DNA of 64,000 nucleotides from Gracilinanus agilis (Eukaryota): NCBI RefSeq assembly GCF_016433145.1, contig NC_058132.1, forward strand, positions 88,801,392 through 88,865,391, given 5' to 3'. Under the pieces are notes generated by a model. It was not told the origin of the DNA. It did no database searches and saw only the letters and a program-made list of their open reading frames with translations. Below are positions 62,281 to 64,000 of the stretch, piece after piece. How positions within the stretch are numbered: the stretch's first letter is position 1; every line of letters starts with the position of its first letter. Position numbers and translations under genes: made by a program.

Positions 62281-63234
62281 ATGGAAGACTTCAATGCCAG
62301 TAGCATTCCTTCTTCTACATTCTATCTTACTGGAATTCCTGGTTATGAGGCAATACACCACTGGATCTCTATCCCCTTCTGCATCCTCTACTTTATTGGA
62401 ATAGTAGGTAATTGCACAATCCTTCATGCTATCTGGAATGACCCAAGCCTCCATGAACCTATGTACTACTTCTTGGCGATGTTGTCTTTTTCAGACATGG
62501 GCATGTCCCTTCCCACCCTCGCATCTGTCCTCCGAGTGTTGTGGTCTATTTCTAGGGAAATTGAATTCAACACTTGTGTGACACAGATGTTTTTCATCCA
62601 TGCCTTCTCCTTCACAGAATCAGGAGTGCTCCTAGCAATGGCCTTTGATCGCTATGTAGCTATTTGCCATCCCCTAAGGTATGCCACCATCCTTACCCCA
62701 CAACGTATTGCTAGAATTGGAATATTTGCTTTTCTTCGGAGCTCCCTCCCTGTCATTCCATTGATGATCCGACTGAAATACTTCCCATTCTGCCATTCCC
62801 ATGTCCTCTCTCATTCTTACTGCCTGCATCAGGATATAATACGCCTGGTTTGTGCAGACACCAAATTTAACTTTATCTATGGGTTACTACTGGTCACTCT
62901 ATTCTGGGGATTAGATTCTCTGGGCATCTTGGTGTCTTACATCTTCATCCTTCAATCTGTGTTGAGCATTGCTACATGGGAGGAGAGACTGAAGGCCCTG
63001 AACACATGTGCCTCTCACATCTGTGCTGTTCTCATCCTCTATGTGCCCATGATTGGCCTTTCCATTGTCCATCCTTTTGCCAAGCATGCCTCTCCTCTTG
63101 TGCATGTCCTCATGGCTGACATCTACCTGCTAGTGCCTCCTGTTCTCAATCCCATCATCTACAGTGTGAAAAACAAGAAAATTCGTAGGGGGATCATTCA
63201 CCTGATCACCCCCAAGAGATTTCACTCCACCTAG
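62281..63234 (+). CDS. Class I olfactory receptor, family 51 (gene 3), intact, 317 aa, with HRF->HPF
   Basis: Canonical motifs; about 90% aa identical to gene 2 (31 differences counted by eye). Confidence 0.96.
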   Translation: MEDFNASSIPSSTFYLTGIPGYEAIHHWISIPFCILYFIGIVGNCTILHAIWNDPSLHEPMYYFLAMLSFSDMGMSLPTLASVLRVLWSISREIEFNTCVTQMFFIHAFSFTESGVLLAMAFDRYVAICHPLRYATILTPQRIARIGIFAFLRSSLPVIPLMIRLKYFPFCHSHVLSHSYCLHQDIIRLVCADTKFNFIYGLLLVTLFWGLDSLGILVSYIFILQSVLSIATWEERLKALNTCASHICAVLILYVPMIGLSIVHPFAKHASPLVHVLMADIYLLVPPVLNPIIYSVKNKKIRRGIIHLITPKRFHST

Positions 63235-63265
63235 AGGTAAGTGCTACTAAAAGACAATCTAATAA

Positions 63266-63447
63266 GGGGGCAGCTGGGTCGCTCAGTGGATTGAGAGTCA
63301 GGGCTAGAGACAGGAGGTCCTAGGTTCAAATCTTGCCTCAGCCACTTCCCAGCTCTGTGACCCTGGGCAAGTCACTTAACCCCCATTGCCCACCCTTACC
63401 ACTCTTCCACCTATGAGTCAATAAACAGAAGTTAAGGATTTAAAAAA
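63266..63447 (+). mobile_element. Young SINE1_Mdo-like SINE in the 3'UTR of OR51 gene 3, perfect 11-bp TSD
   Basis: TSD AAAAGACAATC at 63249-63259 and 63448-63458; extra TAATAA between the TSD and the SINE head. Confidence 0.93.
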
Positions 63448-63765
63448 AAAAGACAATCCAATGAAGCTCATCATGTTGAGGGCCTGAGAAGAGTACCGAT
63501 AGGTATAGAAGTTTCATGAGTATTAGTCTTCCCAGCTCCTCACATATACAGAGATACTCATGCAAGGAACAGGAACACATACATGCACAAACCATTAATT
63601 ATATAGTATATGTAAGAAGGAAAGAAAATAGAAGTAATAGTAACAAAATTGAAGAAAGTCACCATCTACAATCATTCAAACAGCCTTAGTTCCTATCAAG
63701 TCAATCTCTCTGTAATACAACTATCTCTCTAACTGATTTATCTAGAGCTCAATCTTTGTAGTACT

Positions 63766-64000
63766 GTTGTGAGGAAGATTTGGCCAGTACAGCTAAAGGG
63801 CCTGAGGGTGGCTTTGGGGCTCACAGTTATCCAAGGATGATCACAGGATGCCAAGAGCCAAGGTAGAGAGAGTGTGTTTGAGATGCTGTCCACCAGATCC
63901 CAAACTCCTCCTCCACTTGCTGCAGCTCTGCAGGTATTATGCACTTGCTGAAAGCCTCCACCACTCAAGATCCCAGAGAATCAGGATGCCGGGTTTCCTT
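63766..64000. mobile_element. Start of an LTR-like insertion (runs off the window)
   Basis: Homology to gene 2's downstream flank stops abruptly; sequence begins TGTTGTGAGG. Confidence 0.45.

Noticed and set aside
19191-63234. Beta-globin genes or LCR, which sit inside this OR cluster in mammals
   Set aside because: No globin exons or recognisable hypersensitive-site cores in the window
1-64000. CRISPR arrays, operons, rRNA/tRNA genes or other prokaryotic systems
   Set aside because: Sequence is marsupial; the tRNA-like boxes belong to SINE heads; there are no spacer-repeat arrays

Overview
Mammalian, not prokaryotic, DNA. The SINE content (SINE1_Mdo-like, MAR1-like, MIR, L2, L3/CR1, marsupial L1) points to a didelphid marsupial, most likely Monodelphis domestica. 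The window is part of the class I olfactory receptor (OR51/OR52) cluster. It holds four intact single-exon OR ORFs: one OR52A-like on the minus strand and three OR51-family on the plus strand. It also holds one clear OR51 pseudogene fragment and one possible highly decayed OR relic. The first ~19 kb is a dense transposon nest: a young L1 lacking EN/RT, two related non-coding LTR retroelements in opposite orientation, and nested solo LTRs. The right half is an old two-gene tandem duplication (about 33.7-47.5 kb vs 53.6-63.75 kb) whose OR coding regions are far more alike than their flanks. The main leads are: an Arg6x59->Pro change at the carboxylate-binding residue in the third OR51; an out-of-frame strong-Kozak uATG exactly 29 nt upstream in all three OR51 genes; transposon-donated poly(A) signals; and a splice donor at the stop codon. 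I found no wholly new biological system. All identities and coordinates were read by eye, and repeat family names need RepeatMasker/Dfam confirmation.
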